Positions 18,360 to 28,196 of a stretch of DNA of 64,000 bases are shown here, piece after piece (position 1 is the stretch's first letter; every line of letters starts with the position of its first letter). Source of the stretch: an uncultured Chloroflexia bacterium. Its GTDB lineage: Bacteria > Chloroflexota > Limnocylindria > Limnocylindrales > CSP1-4. A model generated the notes under the pieces. The model was not told the origin of the DNA, made no database searches, and saw only the letters and a program-made list of their open reading frames with translations. The stretch is taken from positions 1 through 64,000 of the forward strand of contig CAVVYR010000014.1 of the NCBI GenBank assembly GCA_963752475.1. Direction: 5' to 3'. The position numbers were made by a program, and so were the translations under genes.

Positions 18360-19409
18360 TCAGCCGGCTTCGGTCAGGACCAGCTCCCAGTAGCGATCGT
18401 TGACCGACAGGCCAGGCCGTTCGACGCCAAGGCCGCCGATGCTGAAGAGCAGCCCGGTGAGCGAGTCGCGCAGGCTGTCGACGGCCACGACGTCATCGCT
18501 GTCGCGCATCCGGTCGACGGCGACCGGATCGAGGTAGCCGACCGCGGCGGTCATGCCCTCGACCTCGAGTCCGAGCGTGCGACAGGGACCGAAGCGGAGT
18601 TGATCCTCGAAGGGCCCACCGCACGTCCAGGTGCGCCGGTCCTCGGGATGCGAGCCGATGGCCTCGAAGGCCGTCCATTTGGCGCTGCCGGCGCTGACGA
18701 GCCCGGTCATCTCGTCCCAGCCCAGGGGCCGGGCGAAGGTGACCACGAAGCCGCTCTGGTCCGGGCCGGGGTCGGCGTCGCGGCAACGGGCTCGGGTCGT
18801 GCCCGCGGGCAGCTCCGGGCCGACATCCACGCGCGGGTATTCCACGGTCTCGTAGGTCAGGGTGTAGCGCTCGGACTGCCACTCGCCGAAGGCGTCACGC
18901 GAGAGCTGGGAGAGCACCTCGGTCTCGCCCTTGCGCCGGTCCCACGCCCACTGGCATGTGCCCTGCTGCCGCTTGCCATGCCAGCGCGAGTACGGCACCA
19001 GCGTGGTGTACGTTCGGCCGGCCTCTGGCGGGTAGGGCCCCACGATGATCTCGGCCTCCTCCCAGCGGCGATCGCCGTCGTCATCGTCACGGTCGTAGGT
19101 CGGGTCGGGGTGGTTCGTGGCCCAGTAGCCGGTGGCACTGAGCCGGCCCGCTCGGTCGTTCAGCTCGTGGGTGTAGCGCAGGCCGGTGTCGATGTACCTC
19201 GTGAGGCCATCGACCTGCTCACGGTCCCAGACGGCATCGGTGCGGATGGTGATCGAGTCACCCGGGGTCAGGAAGCCGCTCTCGGTCGTGGTCGTGCTCG
19301 ACTGGCTCGGCGTCCAGGTCGCGCCACCCACGCCGGTAGCGGTGACCGTCGGTGCGACCAGTAGCACTGAGGCGGCGCCGACCAACAGGGCTCGGACGAG
19401 CAGGTTCAT
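18360..19409 (-). CDS. Hypothetical secreted protein
   Basis: Signal peptide; start overlaps the upstream stop; no family recognised. Confidence 0.7.
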   Translation of the reverse strand: MNLLVRALLVGAASVLLVAPTVTATGVGGATWTPSQSSTTTTESGFLTPGDSITIRTDAVWDREQVDGLTRYIDTGLRYTHELNDRAGRLSATGYWATNHPDPTYDRDDDDGDRRWEEAEIIVGPYPPEAGRTYTTLVPYSRWHGKRQQGTCQWAWDRRKGETEVLSQLSRDAFGEWQSERYTLTYETVEYPRVDVGPELPAGTTRARCRDADPGPDQSGFVVTFARPLGWDEMTGLVSAGSAKWTAFEAIGSHPEDRRTWTCGGPFEDQLRFGPCRTLGLEVEGMTAAVGYLDPVAVDRMRDSDDVVAVDSLRDSLTGLLFSIGGLGVERPGLSVNDRYWELVLTEAG

Positions 19410-20911
19410 GCGGCCTCGGCGTCGAGCTCCTGAGCAGCCCGCCGCAACAACGACCAGGCGTGCTCGATGTGGCGACGTTCCATGCGCAGGTTTCCCACGA
19501 CCAGGCGGAGCACGAACGTGCCCTCGATCTTGGTATGGGAGAGGAAGATCTCGCCGGAGTCGTTGACCCGGTTCATGACGGCTTCGTTGAGCGCGTCGAT
19601 GGCCGGTGCGACCTCGGCCTCCCCTTCCCGGCCGGCGAAGCGCCGTGGGCGCAAGCGGAAGCAGACGGTCCCGAAGGGCACCCCGTAGAGGACCTCGGCA
19701 TCGGGATCGTCATCGATCCAACCGGCCAGCTCCTGGGCCAGCTCGATGTGTTCCTGCAGGCGTGCGCGCAACCCGGAGAGACCGAAGTAGCGCAGCTGCA
19801 TCCACATCTTGATCCCGCGCGCCTTGCGGCCGAGCTGGGGCACGTACTCGCTGTAGTCACGTCCGGCATCCTTGCCGTCGTACGTGCGCAGGTACTCGGG
19901 CACCAGGCTCAGCGCGTCGCGCAGGGTAGCCATCCTGCGCGTGAGCAGGAGCGAGCAGTCGAAGGGCGTGAACATCCACTTGTGGGGGTTGACGACGATC
20001 GAGTCGGCGCGTTCCCAGCCGGCGAAGTAGCCACGCATCGCGGGGATGAGGGCGGCCGGCCCTGCATAGGCGGCATCGACGTGGAGCCACAGACCCTCGG
20101 CCTCGGCCACGTCGGCGATGGCGGCCACGGGGTCGACCGCGGTGGTGCTGGTGGTGCCGATCGTGGCCACGATGCCCGCGGGTAGCCAGCCCGCGGCGCG
20201 ATCCTCGGCGATGGCGGCAGACAGCGCTTCGGGACGCATGGCCAGCGCCTCATCGAGCTCGACGGTGCGCACGCCCTCGCGTCCGAGGCCCAGGATCATG
20301 GCCGCCCGTTCCACCGACGAGTGGGCCTGGCTGGAGGTGTAGAAGCGAAGCCGCGGGCCATCGCCGAGGCCGGTCTGCGAGGCCGCTCCCGTCGCCTGCT
20401 GTCGAGCTGCAGCCAGGCCGGAGAGCGTGCTGATCGAGGCCGTGTCGTTGAACACGCCGTCGAAGTCATCCGGCAGCCCAAGACCCTGGCGCAGCCAGTC
20501 GACGGTGATGCCCTCGAGCTCGGAGCCGATCGGTGAGACACGCCAGATGAAGGCATTGGAGTTGAGGGCGCTGCTCACGAGCTCGCCCAGGATGCCGATG
20601 CCGGAGGCGTTGGAGCCAAAGTAGGCCAGGTTGTTGGGGCTCTGCCAGTGGGTCACGTTGGGCACGACCTCGGCTGCCACGTCGCGCATGATGGCCCCGA
20701 GCGGCTCGGGGTCCTCGGGCGGTGGTCCGTCGAGACGCGCCGTGAGCTCGCCAGGCTCGACGTGGGGCAGGACGGCGTAGTCCTCGACGTTCTCGAGATA
20801 GTCCGCCATCAGGTCGGCCGTCTCGTGGAGCGCGGCTCGGAGCTCACTCGTGGGCATGTCGCCCGTAGCGGCACGCTGGGCCTCGTCGAGCCCGTCTTCG
20901 CGATCGGTCAT
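19406..20911 (-). CDS. Group II PLP-dependent (aromatic amino acid) decarboxylase
   Basis: VTHWQSP, AHSSVE, WLHVDAAYAG, NPHKW. Confidence 0.92.
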   Translation of the reverse strand: MTDREDGLDEAQRAATGDMPTSELRAALHETADLMADYLENVEDYAVLPHVEPGELTARLDGPPPEDPEPLGAIMRDVAAEVVPNVTHWQSPNNLAYFGSNASGIGILGELVSSALNSNAFIWRVSPIGSELEGITVDWLRQGLGLPDDFDGVFNDTASISTLSGLAAARQQATGAASQTGLGDGPRLRFYTSSQAHSSVERAAMILGLGREGVRTVELDEALAMRPEALSAAIAEDRAAGWLPAGIVATIGTTSTTAVDPVAAIADVAEAEGLWLHVDAAYAGPAALIPAMRGYFAGWERADSIVVNPHKWMFTPFDCSLLLTRRMATLRDALSLVPEYLRTYDGKDAGRDYSEYVPQLGRKARGIKMWMQLRYFGLSGLRARLQEHIELAQELAGWIDDDPDAEVLYGVPFGTVCFRLRPRRFAGREGEAEVAPAIDALNEAVMNRVNDSGEIFLSHTKIEGTFVLRLVVGNLRMERRHIEHAWSLLRRAAQELDAEAA

Positions 20912-21010
20912 CTGTGACAGTCACCCCCGGATGGCACCTCGGGCGATGGTACTGCGGCCCTGCCGAATCGGCCGCTGCTGGCTTACCCTCTAGGGAGCAG
21001 GAGGTGCTCG

Positions 21011-21439
21011 ATGCTGTGCAGCAGGTGTGGTCTCGACGGGCTCGTACCCGATATGCCCTTCTGCCCTCGGTGTGGCACGCCACTCGGGGGGTCGGCTGGT
21101 GCGGGGTCCATGGTGCACCGACGCGAGGCCGCGGTGGCGGCGTTCGAGAGCGGTCGTGAGGCCGCCGGCGTGCAGTGCCCAAACTGCGGCCAGTACCGCA
21201 TGCAGGCGGTACGCATCGATGCCGACGCCAACATGATCTTCGGCTTCATCGCCTTCGTCGTCGGGGCCATCGCCCTGCTGCTGGTAGTGTTCGGCGGTGA
21301 CGTGGGGTTGTACTTCACCAACGCGTCCGTGCTGGCGATGGGGCTGCTCATCGTGGGCGTAGTGCTGCTGCTCCTGGCGCGCTACCGGCGTCGGCCCAAG
21401 GCCTTCGAGTGCTTCGCCTGCGGGTACCGCGTGCCGTAG
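21011..21439 (+). CDS. Zinc-ribbon membrane protein
   Basis: CSRCG, CPRCG, CPNCG and CFACG around two TM helices; RBS GGAGG. Confidence 0.7.
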   Translation: MLCSRCGLDGLVPDMPFCPRCGTPLGGSAGAGSMVHRREAAVAAFESGREAAGVQCPNCGQYRMQAVRIDADANMIFGFIAFVVGAIALLLVVFGGDVGLYFTNASVLAMGLLIVGVVLLLLARYRRRPKAFECFACGYRVP

Positions 21440-21641
21440 CTCGTAGCCACCGATGGCCAGCAGCGCGCACCGCCTTGGCGCGCAGGCCGAGCACGATCTT
21501 GCACATTGTCTGCAACCGGTAGGTGTGCGGTCTGCCGCTACGCATCCATGACCGGTGGGCGCTTTCCCCACGACCATAAGAGACATCAACGACGCCCCCG
21601 GGCGTGATATCGCCTCGATCCATCGACCGCAGGAGCGCCTC

Positions 21642-21842
21642 ATGACCAAGCACACATCCGGCAAGTACGGACGAACCATCGGGCAGAAGGAGCGCAAGGC
21701 CGGCTGGCCGTCGCCCGCGACCGCCTGGTGCTTCCTCTGCAACGGCACCCACCGCTGGGCGGAGGGCTGCGCCAACATCGGCGGCCACCCGGCGTTCAGC
21801 GAGCGCAGCGTGGCTATAGGTTCCGCTCGACGAGTCGCTTAG
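21642..21842 (+). CDS. Small basic protein with CxxCxxxH motif (66 aa)
   Basis: AGGAG 6 nt before ATG; WCFLCNGTHRWAEGC. Confidence 0.55.
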   Translation: MTKHTSGKYGRTIGQKERKAGWPSPATAWCFLCNGTHRWAEGCANIGGHPAFSERSVAIGSARRVA

Positions 21843-21900
21843 GGCGCCTGCCATGCACACCCGATCGACGTGGCCCCCTCTCCCAGGAGGGCCTTCATCG

Positions 21901-22971
21901 TTAGAGGGTGGCGCCGCCGTATCGGATCTCCAGCTCGATAAGGCGATCGTCGCCGTTGCCGATACTCGGAACGGTGAGTGTATCGCTCGGCTTGCTCGGG
22001 GAGAGAGCGTCGTACTGGGCGACGTCGCTGAATGCGGCGACATAGTCCACGATCGCGCTGCCATGGGTCGTCCCAGCGATATCGCGGAACTCGTTGTAGC
22101 CGTCGTGGTAGCTCCCCGGGATGTCCTTGAACCACTGGTGGTACCCGCCCGTCTTCGTGTCCACGACGAGGCCGCCCGTCTCCAATGTGACTGCCTCGAT
22201 GACGTGGCTTCCCTCACCCCACGACCCGAACTGGACCGGCGAAGTGGGGTTGGCGGCGATGGGATACCGACCCATCACGATGGTGTCGCCCTTGCTGGGC
22301 ATGGTGTCGCCATCGCTGTCGATGATCTTGGCGATCATCACGTCACCGGCGTTGAACGTGTGGCTTTCGTCGAGGTCCGAGTAGGCGATGACCAGGGTCT
22401 TGGGCTCAGGTGTCGGCGCGGGTGCCGGAGGTGCCGGTGGCGCCGGTGGCGCGAACACCGCCCTCGGTAGCTCGCAGCGCACCATCGGTCCGTGTCCCGT
22501 GCCCTGCGCACAGAGGTCCACGCCGATCCCGCCGTCGATCCTGTCGCTGCCGCCACCACCGCCGAGGATGTCCGGTCCGGCCTGGCCGGCGAGGAAGTCA
22601 TTCTGCGGGCCTCCGAAGAGTCGGTCGATGCCGGAGCCGCCGAAGAGGCGGTCTCGACCAGCCTGGCCGATGAGCTTGTCGTTGCCGGCGTTGCCCACGA
22701 GCTTGTCGTTGCCGGCCCCACCGCAGATGGTGTCGCCACCACCCAGGCCGATGATGATGTCGTTGCCTCCGAGTCCGGCGATGATGTCGCGCTTGGCGGT
22801 GCCGCGAATGACGTCGTTGCCCTTGGTGCCGACCCTCGTAGCCACCTTGCCATCGCACGTGACCTTCTTCTTGGCGGCCGGTTCGACGTCAGTGGCGAGA
22901 GCCGTCGTGGTGAGGGCCACAGTAAGAGCCGCCGATACGAGGATGGTGAAGATCCGTCGGGTCCCGGTCAT
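21901..22971 (-). CDS. Secreted protein with RTX/hemolysin-type Ca-binding repeats
   Basis: Signal peptide; GLGGND, GGAGND, GNAGND, GGSGID nonapeptides; Pro-rich linker. Confidence 0.88.
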   Translation of the reverse strand: MTGTRRIFTILVSAALTVALTTTALATDVEPAAKKKVTCDGKVATRVGTKGNDVIRGTAKRDIIAGLGGNDIIIGLGGGDTICGGAGNDKLVGNAGNDKLIGQAGRDRLFGGSGIDRLFGGPQNDFLAGQAGPDILGGGGGSDRIDGGIGVDLCAQGTGHGPMVRCELPRAVFAPPAPPAPPAPAPTPEPKTLVIAYSDLDESHTFNAGDVMIAKIIDSDGDTMPSKGDTIVMGRYPIAANPTSPVQFGSWGEGSHVIEAVTLETGGLVVDTKTGGYHQWFKDIPGSYHDGYNEFRDIAGTTHGSAIVDYVAAFSDVAQYDALSPSKPSDTLTVPSIGNGDDRLIELEIRYGGATL

Positions 22972-23062
22972 GACTCATCCCCCTGCTTCTTGCCGGGCAG
23001 CTGCGAACCCTGCCCGTGCCACTTGATTCTCCTGCGGGTGGCAAGCGGGAGGCACCTAAAGG

Positions 23063-23094
23063 CGAGGCCCATCCTCAGGCGGGGACGGGCCTCG
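23063..23094 (-). terminator. Terminator-like hairpin between riboswitch copy 5 and the RTX gene
   Basis: cgaggccc...gggcctcg stem followed by CCUUU on the minus strand. Confidence 0.45.
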
Positions 23095-23176
23095 ATGTCG
23101 GCGGCGCCGGTACCTCATGAGCACCGAGCAGCGCCAACGTGACCGTCCCTGCAAGGGCTATCTGCGGGTTGCGCAT
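23075..23176 (-). pseudogene. 33-aa ORF, signal-peptide remnant of the array protein family
   Basis: MRNPQIALAGTVTLALLG matches paralog 1 MRTLRLSLVGTVMLALFG at protein and DNA level. Confidence 0.65.
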
Positions 23177-23196
23177 CACACATCCCCTTCGTTCAT

Positions 23197-23270
23197 GCGG
23201 GCCGGGTGCGCCAGTTGGCTCGGCACGGGCCTGGCGGCCATGATTAGGGCCGTGGGTCTTCGCCTCCCGC
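23197..23270 (-). ncRNA. c-di-GMP-II-like riboswitch aptamer, copy 5
   Basis: GCGGG-AGGC-GAAGA-CCCACGGCCC...UGG-CCGCC-A-GGCCCGUGCC-GA-GCC-AACU-GGCGC-ACCCGG-CCCGC; CACGG/CCGUG covariation. Confidence 0.62.
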
Positions 23271-23320
23271 TAACGTCACCATTGTCCCGCCGGTGTCTAC
23301 GAACGCACCTACCCCCTTCG

Positions 23321-26300
23321 CTACTCGGCTCCCGCTACGGCCTCGGGGGTGATGACGTAGGTCTGGGTCTGGAGCGGACTGTCCATGCCAACGGCCGCCC
23401 GCCCGTAGTCATAGGCCCCAAGCCAGACGCTGCCATCGGGAGCGGTGGCGAAGTCGTGGACCAGGAACCCCACCAGATACGAGGTCCAGGTCGTGCCGTC
23501 GTAGTGCGACACGCCGCAGCAGTCCTCTAGCTCGGCGGTGTTGGTGCTGCCGATGAGCCAGAGGCTGCCGTCGGCGGCGACTTCAAGCAATTCCGTGTAG
23601 ATGTAGTTCGGTTCGCCCCATGGCTGGACGCCATCGGCGGCCGTGAACGTCGTCCAGCCCGGGTCATCGAAACGTGCGACGGACGTGCGGCTGACCTTCA
23701 CCCACAGCACGCCGTCCGGACCGACCTCGAGGCGGCCCCGGCCCATGTGGGGGGGTGCCCATCCCCATCCCTCGGGACCCGGGATGGCTGCCCATCCCTC
23801 GCCATCGAAGCGCAAGAGCGGTTCGCCCCCGTGGGTGGCTTGTGCGTGCCGACGAGCCATACGTCACCGTCGGGCGTCACCGCCAGTTCGAGCCTGTGCG
23901 CGTCGCCACCGTAGACGTCGGACCAGTCGAAGGTCGTGAGGGAACCATCGTCTTCGAGCCGGAGGAGGGCGGTGCCGGAATTCACCCAGACCGTGCCGTC
24001 GGGTCCGACGGCCAACGCGTGGGGGTCGCCGGTCGTGGTCGCTCGGAGCGTCCATCCCTCGCCATCGAACGAGAAGATGCCGCTGCTCTCATCGACGTCG
24101 CTGCGGTCGTCCGGGACACCGCCGATGCCGATGGCCCAGAGGGAGCCATCGGGTGCGACCACACGGTGGCGAAGATGGGTCCAGGGGTCCTCGAACACCG
24201 GTTCCTCGCCGAGGCGGAACAAGCCGTGGTCGCCCTCATCGACCGACACCCAGACGCTGCCGTCCGGGGTGACGTCCACCAGGAAGCCGGTGACGCCCCA
24301 GCCACCCAGCGGATACGTGAGATCCCGTACACCGTCGTCGACGACCCGGTAGACGCCCGGCTCGACCTCCTCGGTGACCATGCCCGAGAGCAACTCCTCG
24401 GTCGTGGTGGCGGTCTCGATGGTGTCGGTTGTCACCTCGACCGGAGGAGGTTCGGTGACCTCGGCCTCCCTGGCCGCCACGGCCTCGGGGGTGATGACGT
24501 AGAGGCGGAGCGGACCGGCTCCCGTCAGTCGGCCCCCAGCCAGACGCTGCCATCGGGGGCGATGGCGAAGTCGTCGATGCAGGACCCACCAGATACGAGG
24601 TCCATGTCGTGCCGTCGAAGTGCGCCACGCCGCCGCAGCCCTCGTCGGTCGGGCCGCCGTTGAGCCAGAGGCTGCCGTCGGCGGCGACGTTCGAGCAGGT
24701 CCGATGGCGGCTGACAGCCACTGCGTCGCCCCACGGCTCGACGCCATCGGCCTCCGTGAACATGGTCCAGCCCGGGTCATCGAAGCGGGCGAGGCCGCCC
24801 GCAGCGTGGGCCTTCACCCACAGCGTGCCGTCCGGACCGACGTCGAGGTGACCGGCCCACATCGCGGGGTCCCATCCCTCGGGACCCGGGATGGCTTCCC
24901 ATCCCTCGCCATCGAAGCGCAACAGCAGCTCGGCCCCTCGGGATCCCAGCGCGGCGTGCCGACGAGCCACACGTCGCCGTCGGGTGACACCGCCAGTTGG
25001 TACCAAGCCGCGTCGCCATCGTAGACATCGGCCCAGTCCTCGATGGTCGTGAGGGAGCCGTCGTCTTCGAGCCGCATGAGGACGGTGCCGGGGCAGTCGC
25101 CACCCTCGATGTCGGGGCAGTACTTGTCCTCGTCCTCCACCACCACCCAGACCGTGCCGTCGGGTCCGACGGCCAACGCGGTCGAAGCCGTCGGTCGTGG
25201 TCGCCCGCTCCGTCCATCCCTCGCCATCGAACGAGAAGATGCCGTACGGTCGTCCGGGACATCGCCGATGGCCCAGAGCGAGCCGTCGGGAGCGACCTCT
25301 CGGAGGGAGGCAGTCCTCGAGGTCCTCGAACACCGGTTCCTCGCCGAGGCGGTACAGGCCCTGCCTGCCGGATCGGGCCGACAGCCAGACGCTGCCGTCC
25401 GGGGTGACGTCCACCGATGAAGCCGGGAAGCCCCAGCCACCTAGCGGTACGAGAGGTCCCGCACGCCGTCGTTGACGACCCGGAACACGCCCGGCTCGAC
25501 CTCCTCGGTGACCATGCCCGAGAGCAACTCCTCGGTCGTGGTCGTCGGCCTCCTCGGTGTCGGTCACCTCCTCGACCGAAGGTGGCTCGGTGACCTCGGC
25601 CTCTCTGGCTCTCGCGGCCTCGGGGGTGATGACGTAGAGGCCGTGGCCATCCTCATTCGACACTAGCCACGCCGTGCCATCGGGCGCGACATCGAGTGAA
25701 TCGCTTCCGATAGGCCGCTCGTAGCGTGTCCACACGTCCCCGTCGAACGACGCGACGCCATCGGGGGTGATGGCCCAGACGCTGTCAGGGCCGACAGAGA
25801 ACTGCTCCGCCGCCTTCGTTCGTTCTGTCCACTCGGTGCCATCGAACGACAGCAGAGCCCCCATGCCATCCAGCACCCAGACGGAGCCGTCGGGATCGAC
25901 CTCCCAGTTCGGCGTGTTGTCCGAACCGGAGACCCTGGGCACGCCGTCGCCACGCGAGTACACCATCCACGTGTCGCCGTCGAAGCGGGCGAGGTAGTGC
26001 TGCTGCGCCTTGGCGCGGTCCGTGGCGAGCCCTCTCACGAGCCACGGCTCCACCCTGTCGTGCGACCACGTCACGTCCGACAGGAGTGCCCAGAGCGTTC
26101 CGTCCGGAGCGACCCTGAGGCCGATGACCTTCGTGTCGGCGCCGGAGCCAAGTGGCTGGATATCCCGCCATGCGCTGCCGTCGAAGCCGACGAGCCTTCC
26201 TGACCCGACTGCGAAGACCCTGCCGTCAGGTGAGGTCGAGAACTGGTAGACCTCGATAGGGACACCATCGCCGGTGTCGAACCACTGCCAGCCGTCGGGG

Positions 26301-27124
26301 CCGAGTCTCCCGATGCGGTCCGGCCATGCCGCCCAGACCGTCCCGTCGGGCAGGACCGAGACGGTGTTCGCCCAGATGTCCTCGCCGTGGGGAGTCCAAG
26401 CCTCGCCGTCGAACGAGGCGAGACCCCATCCACCAGCGGCCCACAGCGTGCCATCCGGCGCCGTGGCGAATGTGAGGTCGCTGGGCATCCGGTTCGGGTA
26501 CTCGTGGCCGGGGAATCCATCGCGTTGGTTGTGCCTTCCCTCGACTCCTACCTCCCACGCGACCGCATCGTCATCGTCTTTGCCCCAGTCATCGCCGTAG
26601 ACCGTCGTCATCACCCAGACAGACCCATCCGGCTCGATATGGAGTCGGTCGAGGCTCCTCGGCATGACGTGTTCGCCCTCGATCGCGCCTGGGACGTGTC
26701 CGGCTCCATCGTCGACGACCCGTAGCACCCCCGGTTCGACCACCTCGGTGATCATGCGCGAGAGCAGCTCCTCGGTATTCACCGGCGAGGGTGACTCGGT
26801 CGCCACCGCCGGGGTCATCTCGTCATTTGGCTGGGTGGAGAGGATGCCGATGAGCAGGAAGCCGCCGAACAGCGCCACGATGACGCCTGCTGCCACGAAC
26901 TTGAGCGCGGAGAACATCGTGAACCCCCTTGCGGGCTTAGGCCCGTCGGTAGCCGGGATGGGGGCACGATGACTGAGCGTCGGCAGCGGCCACCAACGTC
27001 CCTGCTGGCGTGTGCGTGGCACGTCCGCCATCACGCTGGTGACGCCCGTCTGCACACTCGGTCGTGGGACCTCGCGCTCCCGAAGCCAGACCTCAAGGAG
27101 GGGCTGCATCTGCTCGTCGTTCAT
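23321..27124 (-). CDS. Large putative anti-sigma/sensor with TM and three beta-propeller-like modules (frameshifted)
   Basis: ATGA overlap with the sigma; TM segment; repeated PDGxxW and FDGxxW motifs; three modules from EELLS.M.TE.VEPGV to YVITPEA. Confidence 0.72.
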
Positions 27125-27684
27125 CGCAGGACCTCCTGCCGGTCGGTCGTCGGAGCGTCCGAGCGTGCATCCGCCTCCAGCACCGCACGCATGGCCTTGG
27201 TGGCCGACCGCAGACGCGAGTAGACGGTCCAGCGCGAGATGCCCAGCGTCGCTGCCACATCCTCCGGGGTCATGCCCAAGAGGAAGCGCAGGATGATGAC
27301 CACGCGATGGTCCATCGATAGCCGCTGGAAGCCTCGCTCCAACTGGTCACGGTCAGCGACGACCCCGTAGGCATCGACCGCTCTAGGCTCTCGCGCAGCC
27401 GGGAGGTCGTCACTGGACCTCCACTTCGGCTGCTGCTTGGCCTCGGCGTAGCAGGCCCGTACGAGCAGCCGATACGACCACGCCTCGTACTTGGCTGGGT
27501 GGCGCAGACGGCGCACCTTGCGCCAGATGTCGAGCAATGCTTGCTGGGTAGCATCCTCCGCCGAAGCGGGGTCACCCAACACGCTGTAGGCCACGCGGTG
27601 CAGACGGGGATAGTCGGCGGTCGCCAGCGCTTCGAAGGCGCGTTGGTCGCCCTGTTGAACCCGAACCACGAGGTCTTGGTCCAT
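27121..27684 (-). CDS. ECF RNA polymerase sigma factor
   Basis: GDQRAFEAL, AEDATQQALLDIWR, YEAWSYRLL, LGISRWTVYSRL. Confidence 0.92.
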   Translation of the reverse strand: MDQDLVVRVQQGDQRAFEALATADYPRLHRVAYSVLGDPASAEDATQQALLDIWRKVRRLRHPAKYEAWSYRLLVRACYAEAKQQPKWRSSDDLPAAREPRAVDAYGVVADRDQLERGFQRLSMDHRVVIILRFLLGMTPEDVAATLGISRWTVYSRLRSATKAMRAVLEADARSDAPTTDRQEVLR

Positions 27685-28024
27685 GCCCCCACATCCCTTG
27701 GCCGACGGTCGAGACGACCGCCGGAGGGGACCGAGTCACATTCGGTCCTCTATAGGGTATGAGGGTCACCAAGGGTCAGATTGTTGGACTTCGCCAGAAC
27801 GCCCATACGCCCCGCCGTGGCCGTGGGTGGTCAATCACCCGCCACCGGATGGTGCAGAGGGCGCGCCTCCGAGCCTGTGGCGAGTCGGAGAGTGCACACG
27901 TAGGTGCACCATCTGCCCGGTTGTGGCCCGCATACGAGCGTGAACACGCTCGTCTAGCGCTTCGACAAACGACGTCTCAGACCGTGGCAGGCGCACCCCT
28001 AAGCGCACCCCACCAGACAAGAAG

Positions 28025-28056
28025 AACGGCCCCTTGAGTCTGCTCAGAGGGCCGTT
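28025..28056 (-). terminator. Hairpin downstream of tRNA-Pro
   Basis: aacggccc...gggccgtt stem followed by CUUCUU on the minus strand. Confidence 0.55.
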
Positions 28057-28071
28057 TCACGCTTGGAGTAA

Positions 28072-28148
28072 TGGTCGGGGCGACTGGATTTGAACCAGCG
28101 ACCTCTTGACCCCCAGTCAAGTGCGCTACCATGCTGCGCCACGCCCCG
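28072..28148 (-). tRNA. tRNA-Pro(GGG)
   Basis: CGGGGCGTGGCGCAGCATGGTAGCGC...CTTGA-CTGGGGG-TCAAG...GGTTCAAATCC...ACCA. Confidence 0.97.
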
Positions 28149-28196
28149 ACGGCTTGGAAATCTTAGCGTACCTCACCAGACAGGGCCGAGCTCGGC

